A stretch of 64,000 bases of DNA from Kiritimatiellia bacterium (GCA_017454745.1 JAFTCL010000083.1:31924-95923), one strand, 5' to 3'; counted from the stretch's first letter, positions 22,901 through 31,235 are shown. Notes: a model not told the origin generated them from the sequence alone. Program-made: numbers and translations.

Positions 22901-25225
22901 AACCGCGGCGTTTGGATGACGCTCAACGATCGGGTTTGGGATATGTACAGCCTGTCGCTAGGCACTTCGAACATGTATGCCAACGTGCGCATCGGCGACG
23001 GTTCGTCAATCACGGTAAGCGGTTACCGTTTCACCATGGGCAGCGTCAATCCTAAACCGTTACCCACCCGCGTTGAAATAACCGATGGCGGCGAATTGAA
23101 CTTTACCGCCGCTACAAGGACAGGCGTGTTGATTGGTTTCTATGAAGGGGTTAGCGGTTACCGCCACGAGTTGGTGGTGGACGGCGGATCGTTCAATGTC
23201 CCCAACACTTCCGTTTATGTCGGGTACTGTTCGCAGTACGCATACCTGACCCTGAATGCCGGCCTGGTGTCCGCCAAAGGCGTTAACGCCAGATGCAATA
23301 TCGGCGAAAATGGCGGCGCGAACGGGACGTTCTCCACCGTCGCGCACGACGAGCGTTTTTCGCAGTATGGCGGGACACTGGAGTTGGGGGGGAGTGGATT
23401 CGGCACAACCCACGACAAACAGGGGATGCCGCATCTTGATCTGTCCAACGGCGTGTTGCGGGCAACGGCGGACTTTTCCAACACCTACGGGATGCTGACC
23501 GCGGCGTTTGGCGAGTCGCCGGCCGGAGGCGGTAAATACACCGTTGACCTCAATGGCCATGCGGTAAATTGGAACAACGCTTTGCTGGGCGCGGCGGATG
23601 TGTCCATCACCGGCGCGGGTTCGTTCAGCACCGACCCCAAGTTGCAGGGCATCCCTACCGGAAAGTGGGCGGTGGAGAATTCCGCGGCAAATGTTGACCT
23701 TTCCGGCGCGGCCGGATTCGCCGGAGGTTTGGAGCTTGGCGAGGATGTAAAGGCCCAGATTGATATCGGGACCACCAATCTGGTGGAATATGCGTTGTTT
23801 ACCTCCAAGACCTTCGCGACTTTGGATGATGCGTTGGCCTGTTCGAACTCTTATCCGTTGGTGGCCAGCTCGTTTAAGCAGTTGCACACTTACATGTCCG
23901 CCGGGACGATTGGCAAAGTTTATTTCTGCTACCGTGGCCAGTTCTACGTTCCGGAAAACAAAGCCGGCACATGGTACTTTGGCGGTACTTACGACAACCA
24001 GTTGGTGTTTGACATAGACGGCGTTAACCTGATTAAGACCACTACCTACAAAGAAATCGCCACCGCCAGCGTGCAACTCGCCGCCGGTTGGCACGATTTC
24101 CGGGTGATCGCATGGGATGACGGCGGCGGACAGGGAGCGCATCCGGATGCCGGCAATAGTTGGAGCGGTAATATGGCTTTGGGATATTCAACCGACGCTT
24201 GGTCGGAGGATAATGATCTGGCCACGGTTTATGCCCGTTTCGACACTGACACGTTGGCTATGCGCATTTCACCTGAAAGTGCTAGCCGGACTGGAGTCCG
24301 GATGAGGTTGAAAGGTGAATCCTCTATCGATACATACGCGTTGCCAACCGAGACGTATGTGTCGTATGACAACGAGACCAACTCGCTTGACGCGGTCCAC
24401 TTATTCAACACGTTCGATTTGTCCAAGAGTAATAACGTTCGTTTCGACGGTTGGTTTAAGGTGCCTGAAGAGAATGCCGGTGTATGGAACTTCACCGGAC
24501 AGTATGACGACCGCATCTGTTTGGAGATTGACGGGGTCGTCGTGTTGGCGACTACGGCCTACAATGCTTCGAAGTCCGGAAGTGCCACGCTTGACGCCGG
24601 ATGGCACCGTTTCGTGATATCGGTTTACGATGGCTCCGGCAGTTGGGGCGGCAAGCTGAAGGATGACAATAACTTGGTCTGCGCACTCAAGGTCAAAGCC
24701 GCAAACGCGGAGAAGACTCTGGCCTTCAACGGCGACAACTTCCGAATCGTGTTCTCGGCGGTTGACACCCAGAAAGACCATCTCGCCGGTTTGGATGGCG
24801 TCGTTACGCTAGCTGAAGGATCGAAGCTTACCAACAACGCTTTGGGGGCCTGCCCGATTCTTGGCACATTGACCGGCACGGGGGCGCTTGTCGGCAGGTT
24901 CGCATTCGTCGGATCTAACAGTTGCTGGCGTGTCCAGGGCAGTGGTGGAAGATTGGATGTTGCGGACTATGCCGGCGTTACCAATACTGACTTCGTAAAG
25001 CAACTTGCCAATGTCGATGTTGAGTTCCCGGACGGTGATGCGGCAATGGCGCGTTACACGCTTTGTTCCGCCGGTGATTTGACCGCGCCGGAAGCGGAAG
25101 CGATCAAGGTTACCGCCACCGGCAAGGACGGTGAGGAGTTGCCGGGGTGGAGTGCGGCGCTGGCGGGGGACAAACTTGTCCTCATCAACCCGCATCCGCA
25201 GGGAACACTGTTCATGCTTCATTAA
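16934..25225 (+). CDS. Giant secreted protein: GDPD domain + LamG-like + beta-strand repeats + two PA14-like domains
   Basis: RBS AAGGAG and signal peptide; GDPD motifs SHRGE, PENT, ECDV, MHD, IELK, WTVD and GVDGITTN; passenger-type repeats KRGNGTLTF and KDGGGTLLI; PA14-like YRGQFYVP..GTWYF..YDN and FDGWFKVP..GVWNF..YDD; ends PHPQGTLFMLH. Confidence 0.85.
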   Translation: MKMRKLVLCLLAMVGLSAFGAVSVPMIISHRGESSDAPENTMAAFRLAVERGVDAMECDVYVTADGVPVIMHDKSMRRTTGVNSNITDLPVSTVTNTAATAFGSWASSEYSEEKVPTLAQYLALLRDSEIKAVIELKEGNPNSDTFINAVAAAVVSEAAATPERVVFISFGADLVSKIRQVLPTYPALYLVSACPSDVNNLIATMAECHATGVDASSGFNADYVAAVRGAGYSFVTWTVDSTATAYNQTMMGVDGITTNTGKVLKDYITDKIDELNAEEAARMAVYAELIERNVPARGGWMRVDADSYADGMLINFDGIRNQGLNQPHNASAESWVNLGSLGTGINLSFTGAIIWEDDGFYFNQATRAVTAGNCALPAVFSMQYAMDIPDIATATQTTFPNYFSVVKSKLDNGVFTRNDNKQCLEMKLTEYGVSEKPRLFVYNWEGRYATFILDTATVYGTQTTNLDYSVSRSSAKATSYPWMFGSGSGGKTDGSGFADRYARGTYKSIRFYDHVLTTDEISWNRMIDEIRFRGVDDPIMVKVASSDPRFEGVEGNGDYLLTSAHTFSATNMVYNGDVFSPSGYVLETWNPSTESWVAADAVPDTSYTYTPGVSPSRVRLTWQWTGITRINGVYDLATEAAEVSGDVLVADGAKIVSSAFDEGQTGLTASGSFTVQGALTFDLNGFSGGTYTLVSAENVVLENGATVVLSNVGELTGIRRTLTCTDNSIVLTVERDGSLDEFVFNGDFAMNGTTVGNENTANAGTNWSYAYNPGFSIPWWKTSNTQCGLTVTNTPWLAIGQTNGGTYSYFVQSTECELSQNLGTVPAGIYRFSYNIAARPSHTQSLMDVTVGKNGTAMFEYRTEELTNTLFECYESVIVLTEAANYGLSFKHLVPSGDKAIILDDVSFRREETSGWSLSGGSAVIDGTGLGAAVPGRSFVDGDATIRSGSLLTFTPVYGTATLNVGGTLAVEGSVAVNIKGPDSLLCGEYSLIEAGQLTMANGAAFSLTSSVVFGENRAGVLELTDTGLKLRVYPTGNPIYKRNNTLSGNYIFWQPQGNHYWQTKSNWSSGAVPGFDANQRIIFTVADSVEINAYSKWTSGNAYLCFYNGTKTPVEFSASSGDFGLDTTSQGASGWAIVRGYGVGGYLRVNNGTYNVSYVYPNGNSDESEFSYARFELLGGSLTGTKSFLNCNFDLSRSDVLIDGCNVKFTNDYNSNINAFTKQVFRLVSGSLSVNNFQLGAGNYSMFDGEMSGGELTCAGNFSFNGANPDAAKFVLKGGRLITDTIMRSNSKAVFLIDGGTLSPYGNADGWLYSANFLTVTKGGTVLADTDGHNVRWMATVADDEGGYDFSLSKRGNGTLTFNADQLFTGTLAVDSGTLATVHSLSAGEITVASGASFSVANAAINTLTLPSITLAPGAVLEFDVNPDGCDVLAFTSIDITSASAEHPVYIDVSLSGMATLDDDTSYTLISRGVTDASKFELRGVAGSLSVRNGALIMTKSAATSNEWSGLANDGGKWSTGGNWRNGEPPVSGGSAVFNTSAGTTLFDITGLALSEMFFGEDAGAFVHTGDDSLTIYTSITNLSNYAQDIKMPVTLGVDGLGFSVYSAGDLIITNTITPALKTLVKDGGGTLLINDNAIACLSRLDINSGTVKLNGRTGTVLSANDEGGEIHIADGAGLDINHAPAASGIALASDEVTHGKVIYFEGNGPDGNGALYNSNNNTTWTGYFSHLVLTGDAKVGGGHMSLRTVANSALNDNVIEGPYALDIANQVDGLGFTQVAVNFDLKREDITGKTQLEGAQTGVIDEGVHVKNGGNVVLYGTTLPAGIPVTVDDNATGAFSLGSGTSYIQSAFTVGGDATAAFSANNTAYLTGSVTNNGLISYTGTGNIYFDCVPVVGGTYKNTAGSLWFTPAVDSPESRITVDSSSTLVFGANSGSGALPRFGAISATASKNVYFRPCASVALENDLFDDVVNKSRSSNGTVYIQHSNRGVWMTLNDRVWDMYSLSLGTSNMYANVRIGDGSSITVSGYRFTMGSVNPKPLPTRVEITDGGELNFTAATRTGVLIGFYEGVSGYRHELVVDGGSFNVPNTSVYVGYCSQYAYLTLNAGLVSAKGVNARCNIGENGGANGTFSTVAHDERFSQYGGTLELGGSGFGTTHDKQGMPHLDLSNGVLRATADFSNTYGMLTAAFGESPAGGGKYTVDLNGHAVNWNNALLGAADVSITGAGSFSTDPKLQGIPTGKWAVENSAANVDLSGAAGFAGGLELGEDVKAQIDIGTTNLVEYALFTSKTFATLDDALACSNSYPLVASSFKQLHTYMSAGTIGKVYFCYRGQFYVPENKAGTWYFGGTYDNQLVFDIDGVNLIKTTTYKEIATASVQLAAGWHDFRVIAWDDGGGQGAHPDAGNSWSGNMALGYSTDAWSEDNDLATVYARFDTDTLAMRISPESASRTGVRMRLKGESSIDTYALPTETYVSYDNETNSLDAVHLFNTFDLSKSNNVRFDGWFKVPEENAGVWNFTGQYDDRICLEIDGVVVLATTAYNASKSGSATLDAGWHRFVISVYDGSGSWGGKLKDDNNLVCALKVKAANAEKTLAFNGDNFRIVFSAVDTQKDHLAGLDGVVTLAEGSKLTNNALGACPILGTLTGTGALVGRFAFVGSNSCWRVQGSGGRLDVADYAGVTNTDFVKQLANVDVEFPDGDAAMARYTLCSAGDLTAPEAEAIKVTATGKDGEELPGWSAALAGDKLVLINPHPQGTLFMLH

Positions 25226-25238
25226 TTCCAAAAATGTT

Positions 25239-25267
25239 GGGAGAATCCGGGATGCCCGGATTCTCCC
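25239..25267 (+). terminator. Stem-loop (terminator or mRNA-stabilising hairpin)
   Basis: 13-bp perfect stem GGGAGAATCCGGG-atg-CCCGGATTCTCCC; no strong U-tract. Confidence 0.55.
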
Positions 25268-25280
25268 GAAGGTTGTCGGT

Positions 25281-25865
25281 GTGTTTAAAGATAATACGCG
25301 CTCAAAACCGGAGCATCGGCTGTTAACGTTGGCTTGGATCTTTTTTTACATTTCTTCGGTCACCCTGGGCGGGGGAATGGCGATGTTACCGGTTATGCAA
25401 AGGGAATTCGTCGAAAAGCGAGGTTGGCTGACCGACGATGAAATGGTTGACGTGGTGGCGGTGGTGCAATCGCTGCCGGGAACGATCGCGGTTAACATGG
25501 CGGTATTGCTGGGCTACCGGATTTGTGGTTTTCCCGGAGCGGTTGTGTCGGCGTTCGCATCGGTAGTGGTGCCGTTTGCGGCCATTGTGTTTCTGGCTGC
25601 CGGACGTTCGTTGTTGGCTGATTCGCCGACTCTCGACCATATTTTCCTTGGCGTTCGCGCAGGGGTGTCGGCGCTGATTCTGCTCTCTGCCGTCAAACTG
25701 TCTAAAAGCGTGTTAAAGAAGCCTTTGGCATGGTTTCTGGGCGCGGCCAGTTTTATCGCTTGCGTGATATTTGAAATCGATATGACGCTGGTGATTATGG
25801 CTGGGTTGGCGGTAGGGTTGGCGTTGCTGGCGGTAAATGCGTTCCGTCGGGGGGTGAAACAATGA
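25281..25865 (+). CDS. chrA: Short-chain chromate transporter, first subunit
   Basis: TLGGGMAMLP, KRGWLTDDE and QSLPGTIAVN; probable GTG start at 25281. Confidence 0.88.
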   Translation: MFKDNTRSKPEHRLLTLAWIFFYISSVTLGGGMAMLPVMQREFVEKRGWLTDDEMVDVVAVVQSLPGTIAVNMAVLLGYRICGFPGAVVSAFASVVVPFAAIVFLAAGRSLLADSPTLDHIFLGVRAGVSALILLSAVKLSKSVLKKPLAWFLGAASFIACVIFEIDMTLVIMAGLAVGLALLAVNAFRRGVKQ

Positions 25866-26446
25866 GTCTGTTGCAGTTGTATCTGCTGTTTGCGAAAGTG
25901 TCAACGCTGACCTTTGGCGGCGGTTATGCGATGATTCCGTTGTTTCAGGATGAGATTGTGGTAAAGCACGCATATATGGACGCGCCAGAATTCGCCAATC
26001 TGGTAGCACTGGCACAGGTCACACCGGGGCCGTTAGGGTTGAACGCCGCTACGTTTGTGGGGATGAATCAAGCCGGGATCCCCGGCGCGTTGTGCGCAAC
26101 GCTGGGGATGGTGACACCGTCATTTTTGTTTACTGTAGCCGCCGCAATTTTTTTGCGGCGAATGGCGAAATCGAAAAACCTTGGTACGGTGCTTTCCGGT
26201 ATCCGTCCTTGCGTACTGGGAATCATTGCGGCGGCAGTGGTGTTCTTTGCCGAGACCTCGGTGCTTACCTGCAAGTTACGGGAACTGCTGCATAACCCTG
26301 CCAGAGGTATCTGCTGGCAGGGTGCGGTTGTTTTCGCGGTGGTGCTGGCCGTACAGTTGCGGTGGAAGCGGCTCAACGTGGTGTGGCTGCTGGCAATCTC
26401 TGCCGTGCTGGGGTGGCTGCTGTTCCTTTGTTCGCGCAACTGCTAA
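25862..26446 (+). CDS. chrA: Short-chain chromate transporter, second subunit
   Basis: TFGGGYAMIP and AQVTPGPLGLNAATFVG; ATGA overlap with the upstream gene. Confidence 0.9.
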   Translation: MSLLQLYLLFAKVSTLTFGGGYAMIPLFQDEIVVKHAYMDAPEFANLVALAQVTPGPLGLNAATFVGMNQAGIPGALCATLGMVTPSFLFTVAAAIFLRRMAKSKNLGTVLSGIRPCVLGIIAAAVVFFAETSVLTCKLRELLHNPARGICWQGAVVFAVVLAVQLRWKRLNVVWLLAISAVLGWLLFLCSRNC

Positions 26447-27615
26447 AGATCGCGGGTCAGTTCCCAGGTTTTCACCAGCATCCGCGGAATGTGGAACGGA
26501 CCTTTGAAGAGGTTGCCCTTTGCGGGTTGCGCCACTGTGCCGTCCCGATGGAGGTAACCGTACCATTCGGGGTGTTTCAGGTCTTTGAAATGCGCCCACG
26601 TCCAATCGCTGACTAGCTGGTGCATCTTGCGGTATTTGGGCTTGCGGGTCAAGCGGTAGGCGTAAGCCGAAGCAATGATAGCCTCACAGTGCGGCCACCA
26701 GAATTTCATATCCTGCTCGTAGCACTGAGGCGGCAGATTCCGGCAATCCTTGAAGGAAACGATGCCGCCGAATTGTTTGTCCCAACCCCAAGCCCACGAC
26801 CAATCCAGTATTTGCAGCGCGGTGGAGAGTAGTTTCTGATCGTTGCGGGCCGTGGCCACCTCCATTAAAAACCAGGCGGTTTCAATGCAGTGGCCGGGAT
26901 TGATCACCCGTCCGGCGAGAGTGTCGATGAACTCGCCGTTCGGGCCGACCGTCTCCAGCAGTGCCTTGAATTCGGGATGGATGAAGTAACGGGTCAAGGA
27001 ATCGATGGACTCGTCAATCTGCCGATCCAACAACGGGTCGTCCGAAATCTGCTTGAGCACATTTGCCACGTTGATGAGAATCATTGTCAGCGAGTGCCCT
27101 TGGGCGGCAAATGCCGGTTCGTATTTTGCCGGCATCCATTTGTTAGGGTGCGCGGTGAATTTCCGGATTCGCTTGAACAGGTTGACGGCTTTTCTGCCCC
27201 ATTTACGGTCGCCGCTGGCCAACGAATATTCCGCATAGGCAAGCGCGGCGAAACACTCGGAAAAAACGTAACGGCGTTTTCTGAGGCCGATGCCGTCGGC
27301 GGTGACCTCGAAAAACGCGCGTCCGTCTTGGTCGAAACAATGTTCGTCAAGAAATTCGCAGCAACTGCGACTTGCGACCAAATATTCCGGATTCTTTTCC
27401 AGCCGGTTGTAGGCATATGCGCAAATCCAGCCGAACCGGCCTTGGAACCAAACGGATTTAGTAGTGTCCATTAACGATCCGTCGCGGTTTAGACAGGTAT
27501 AGACGCCACCGTGCGAACGATCCCATCCGTATTTCAGCCAGAACGGCATGACGTTGTCAAGAAACTCCGTCTTATAGACCAAATTCCATTTATGCCAATA
27601 GGGGGACTGTTTCAT
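26443..27615 (-). CDS. N-acylglucosamine 2-epimerase (AGE family; Bacteroides-type NanE)
   Basis: KSVWFQGR, INPGHCIE, MKFWWPHCE, EWYGYL and KGPFHIPR; downstream of nanA. Confidence 0.92.
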   Translation of the reverse strand: MKQSPYWHKWNLVYKTEFLDNVMPFWLKYGWDRSHGGVYTCLNRDGSLMDTTKSVWFQGRFGWICAYAYNRLEKNPEYLVASRSCCEFLDEHCFDQDGRAFFEVTADGIGLRKRRYVFSECFAALAYAEYSLASGDRKWGRKAVNLFKRIRKFTAHPNKWMPAKYEPAFAAQGHSLTMILINVANVLKQISDDPLLDRQIDESIDSLTRYFIHPEFKALLETVGPNGEFIDTLAGRVINPGHCIETAWFLMEVATARNDQKLLSTALQILDWSWAWGWDKQFGGIVSFKDCRNLPPQCYEQDMKFWWPHCEAIIASAYAYRLTRKPKYRKMHQLVSDWTWAHFKDLKHPEWYGYLHRDGTVAQPAKGNLFKGPFHIPRMLVKTWELTRDL

Positions 27616-27618
27616 TGT

Positions 27619-28515
27619 TTACCTATATCCGATTTTTTTCAGTCTGGAGACGCAATCTGCCTTGGCGGCTTCGGAAAGCGCGACGTTCGGGCGACGGACG
27701 TCGCCTAAGTCCAGATCCCAAACTTTCATCATCGCCTTACCTCCGGCGACACCGCCGTACTGCACCAGAATGTCCACAATGTCGCAAACCTTCTTCATGC
27801 CGGTCTGCGCCTTTTTAAGGTCACCCTTTTTGACCGCGTCCCAAATTTTGTAGTAAACCCCGGCGGCATAATTGTAGGTCGAGCCGATGGCAGATTGCGC
27901 CCCGCACGCCACCGCGCCGGCGAACCATTCATCGATGCCCCAGGTGATATCGTACTTCCCGCCGCAGGCGCGAAGGCAACGCTGATACATATAGAGGTCG
28001 GCGTAGTTGAATTTGATTCCGGCGAGATTGCCGATCTTGCCGTCCGCCTTTTCAAGGAACGCCTGCATATCGAAGTTAACCCCGGACATTCCGGTGTGGT
28101 AGTAGTAAAACGGCAGTTTTGTGCTGGTCTGCAACGCTTCGTTCAGGTAGTCAATCAGAGCATCGATAGAACCCGGCTTGAAGAAATTCGGCGGAACGAT
28201 GGAGGTGGCGTCCATGCCGCATTCTACCGCGTGGGCGCCGAGTTCCTGCACGTCCGGGATTGCTAACGCGCCGATGTGCGCTATCAGGTACAGTTTGCCT
28301 TTGGCGGCTGCCGTCCAGGCGTCGAACAGGGCCTTGCGTTCGGCTACGGAACAGCAGATGCCCTCTCCGGTGGTGCCGGAAATGTAAACGCCGGTAACAT
28401 TCTGCCGCACCAGCAGGTCGGCTTGCTTGGATACCAGCGCGAGATTGACGCTGCCGTCGGCGTTGAACGGCGTGTGGGCAGCCGCGATTAATCCCTTAAG
28501 TTTCTTGATGGCCAT
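27619..28515 (-). CDS. nanA: N-acetylneuraminate lyase (DHDPS family)
   Basis: GTTGEG, FYYYH, GIKF (Schiff-base Lys) and IGSTYNY; context with AGE epimerase and SSS transporter. Confidence 0.85.
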   Translation of the reverse strand: MAIKKLKGLIAAAHTPFNADGSVNLALVSKQADLLVRQNVTGVYISGTTGEGICCSVAERKALFDAWTAAAKGKLYLIAHIGALAIPDVQELGAHAVECGMDATSIVPPNFFKPGSIDALIDYLNEALQTSTKLPFYYYHTGMSGVNFDMQAFLEKADGKIGNLAGIKFNYADLYMYQRCLRACGGKYDITWGIDEWFAGAVACGAQSAIGSTYNYAAGVYYKIWDAVKKGDLKKAQTGMKKVCDIVDILVQYGGVAGGKAMMKVWDLDLGDVRRPNVALSEAAKADCVSRLKKIGYR

Positions 28516-31112
28516 TATTGCTCTCCGGATGGTGTTTGCGGTTTCAGGGTTTTAAGGGTAAGACCGTTCAGGTCATGCCCTTTTTCACGAAAGATGATAC
28601 TGGTGGTCCAGGCCACGGCCACGCATACCGCCAGCCCGATACCGCCCAGAAGGAACGGATGGAACTTGAGTCCGAACACGTTGCAGTGCAGAATTTCGCA
28701 GCTGAAACAGACGAAGTAGTTGGCCGCAAGGCCCAGAACCGCCGCGACACCCTTGATACGCGGCATGAATACGCCCATAAAGAAGAGTCCCGTCAAGCCT
28801 GCCGTCAACATGGCAATGTACTTGTTGAAGTTGTCGAAAAGCGCGCTCGACTCCATACGTGCGAGTGTGAGCGCCGCCATAACGCCCATAATGCCGACTA
28901 CATAGGTGCAGATCTGACCACAACGGATTTGCGTCTTTCCTGGGATGTCGGGTTTGAAGCGCTTGATGAAGTCCGTGACGAGTGCCGTAGAAGCGGAACT
29001 CAGGTTTGCGGACAAGGTCGAGATCGTCGCCGCGAAGACCGCCGCGATTACGAGTCCCGCGAGCCACGGCGGCATCTCCGTTGCCATAAAGGTCGGGAGA
29101 ATCGAATCGCCTTTCGGCATCGTCACGTCCATCGTTTCCGGGTGCGTGTGATAGAACGTAAAGAGGGCCATGCCGATTCCGTAGAACACCACTTGCGCGA
29201 ATACACTCATGCACCCGTTGAACCAGAGTGAACGTTTGGTGGCGTTTTCGTCCGGCGTCGCGATGTAGCGCTGAATAACGCACTGGTCGCTCGTGTAGGA
29301 AGAGAGATTGGAGATGAGGCCCTGAACCGCTACCACCCAGAAGACTGGTTGCGTGAAGAGAAGGCGGAAATCCCACATCGCGGTCTTGTTGTAGGTACTG
29401 GCCACGTTCCAGAAAGTCGAGAAATGCGTACCGTCCGAGCCGGTCTTCATGATTAGGAGTACCAGCACCGACACCGCTCCGCCCATAAGAACGATACCCT
29501 GGACGAAGTCGGACCAGATGACCGCCTCAAGCCCGCCGAGCGAGCAATAAATCATCGTGAGAACGCCACAGATGAGGATGCAGGCGTCGATGGATATTCC
29601 CGTCACGGCGTTGAGCGCGATTGCGGGGAGCAGCGTCACCACAGCGACGCGGCAGACCATGAAGACAACGAACGCAGCAGAACCGAAGAGCCGCACGCCG
29701 AGATTGAAGCGCTTTTCCAGGTATTCGTAAGCGCTCGTAATCCCAAGCCGGCAGAAGAACGGCAGATAAAAGTAGATCGCCACAGGTGCCATGCCAATGA
29801 TGAAGAACGCCATCACGAAGTACCGCCAATCCTGCAAATACGCCTGCGTCGGAATCGCGATGAAGGTGATCGAGGAGAGCATCGTCGCGAAAATACTCAT
29901 TCCTGCAACATACCACGGAATACGCTTTCCGCCGCGGAAGTAGTCGTTCACATCCTTCTTCTTGCGGATGAAGTACACCGCCATTGCGACCATAAGGAGC
30001 GCATAGACGCCGACGACCGCCCAGGCCGCCGCGCCGAACCGACCGGTTTTCTTGAAGCTCGCGACACTTACCGCATCAGTCCGCATTTTAGGCGCGACCT
30101 CGCCACCCGCGATGAGAATAGTGTATTGTTCGGGAGTTTTGCCGGGGCGAATCGCCGTCGCCGCTCCGCAGCGCGGTTTGTCGCCCGGCGCGATTTTACC
30201 GTATTCGCACCACGCATCCGTCACGCAGTTGTAGGCGAGTACTTTCCTCTGCCAACCGAGCTTCACGGGATTGGTTTCGGTTGAGCCGTTTATCGCGCGG
30301 TCAATCCACCCCTTCTCGCCAAATCCGCCGACCAAGAGGATGTGTTGGTGCCCGCTCGGCAGAAACGCCGCGCCGATCGATGTGGTGTGCTCTGGGAGCG
30401 GCGAAATGGCTTTCTTTTTACCCGACGAAATGGTAATGGCGTAGCCATCGGCAAGCGGCAGCTTTGTCTTTACGTCATATCCGCCATATACGACAAGCAG
30501 TTTTTCCTTCTGGTCGCCGTTTTGGATGGCGGCAACCATCTGCTCGCGTGCCGGGTCGGCGATTTCGCTGACAAGCACCCACTCCCCATGCTTTCGAATC
30601 GCCGGATCGGGGTCTAACGCCTTGAGCATTTCGAGAGACCACACCTTCTTCGACGCAACGACATAGACCTTCTCGCCGTCGGCCGCCGCCGCACCCATCG
30701 ACAGCGGCATGTGAAGAGACGGAAGACTTGAGACGCGAGGAGTGCCGTTATCTATAGTAAGCAGAAACGCCTCTGTAAAAACCGTCTTTCCGTCCGTTCC
30801 CCCCGCGCAGAAGATACCCTTTGGTGTCTCGCAACAGACTCCTTCGGCGACGGGATACGGAAGCTCACCGATTTTCTTCCACGTCCCGTCCGGTTCACGG
30901 ACAGTTATTTCCGAGTTATACACCTTCTTCCCGTCAACGAAATCGCTGCCACCAGCGACGACGAACCTCCCGTCCGGCAGAAAACCGTGGAACGGGCGGG
31001 CGACGGTGGCTGGCATAGTCTCCGTCGCTTTCCATTCAATGCGTACCGGAGCCGGAAAAACCGGCCATGACATCGCCACGGCAAAAAAACAGCCTAAAAG
31101 AAATTTTCCCAT
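28515..31112 (-). CDS. Kelch (NanM-like mutarotase) - sodium:solute symporter (SiaT-like) fusion
   Basis: Signal peptide, Kelch repeats (VAGG, CAGG, VYGG, LVGG, IAGGE), then SSS motifs YFRGGKRIPWY, SIFATMLSSITF, SAYEYLEKRF, GGLEAVIWSD and DQCVIQRY. ATG 31112 follows GAGGG. Confidence 0.9.
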   Translation of the reverse strand: MGKFLLGCFFAVAMSWPVFPAPVRIEWKATETMPATVARPFHGFLPDGRFVVAGGSDFVDGKKVYNSEITVREPDGTWKKIGELPYPVAEGVCCETPKGIFCAGGTDGKTVFTEAFLLTIDNGTPRVSSLPSLHMPLSMGAAAADGEKVYVVASKKVWSLEMLKALDPDPAIRKHGEWVLVSEIADPAREQMVAAIQNGDQKEKLLVVYGGYDVKTKLPLADGYAITISSGKKKAISPLPEHTTSIGAAFLPSGHQHILLVGGFGEKGWIDRAINGSTETNPVKLGWQRKVLAYNCVTDAWCEYGKIAPGDKPRCGAATAIRPGKTPEQYTILIAGGEVAPKMRTDAVSVASFKKTGRFGAAAWAVVGVYALLMVAMAVYFIRKKKDVNDYFRGGKRIPWYVAGMSIFATMLSSITFIAIPTQAYLQDWRYFVMAFFIIGMAPVAIYFYLPFFCRLGITSAYEYLEKRFNLGVRLFGSAAFVVFMVCRVAVVTLLPAIALNAVTGISIDACILICGVLTMIYCSLGGLEAVIWSDFVQGIVLMGGAVSVLVLLIMKTGSDGTHFSTFWNVASTYNKTAMWDFRLLFTQPVFWVVAVQGLISNLSSYTSDQCVIQRYIATPDENATKRSLWFNGCMSVFAQVVFYGIGMALFTFYHTHPETMDVTMPKGDSILPTFMATEMPPWLAGLVIAAVFAATISTLSANLSSASTALVTDFIKRFKPDIPGKTQIRCGQICTYVVGIMGVMAALTLARMESSALFDNFNKYIAMLTAGLTGLFFMGVFMPRIKGVAAVLGLAANYFVCFSCEILHCNVFGLKFHPFLLGGIGLAVCVAVAWTTSIIFREKGHDLNGLTLKTLKPQTPSGEQ

Positions 31113-31160
31113 TCCGTTCCCTCGGAGAAACCAAAAACAAACCAACATTTACTATTTACA

Positions 31161-31188
31161 ATTATACCTGATATTTTGCCGATGTCAA
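31161..31188 (-). promoter_or_regulatory. Consensus sigma70 promoter of the nan operon
   Basis: The minus strand reads TTGACA-N16-TATAAT. Confidence 0.75.
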
Positions 31189-31196
31189 GGCGTAGC

Positions 31197-31228
31197 CGTA
31201 AGGTCGCAAAGGCGTAAAGGCGCAAAGT
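31197..31228. repeat. 8-nt tandem repeat (CGYAAAGG) between divergent promoters
   Basis: cgtaaggt cgcaaagg cgtaaagg cgcaaagt. Confidence 0.65.
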
Positions 31229-31235
31229 TTTCGTG

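Noticed and set aside
23060-24142. 360-aa antisense ORF inside the giant gene
   Set aside because: A shadow ORF from codon bias on the opposite strand, with no recognisable motifs.
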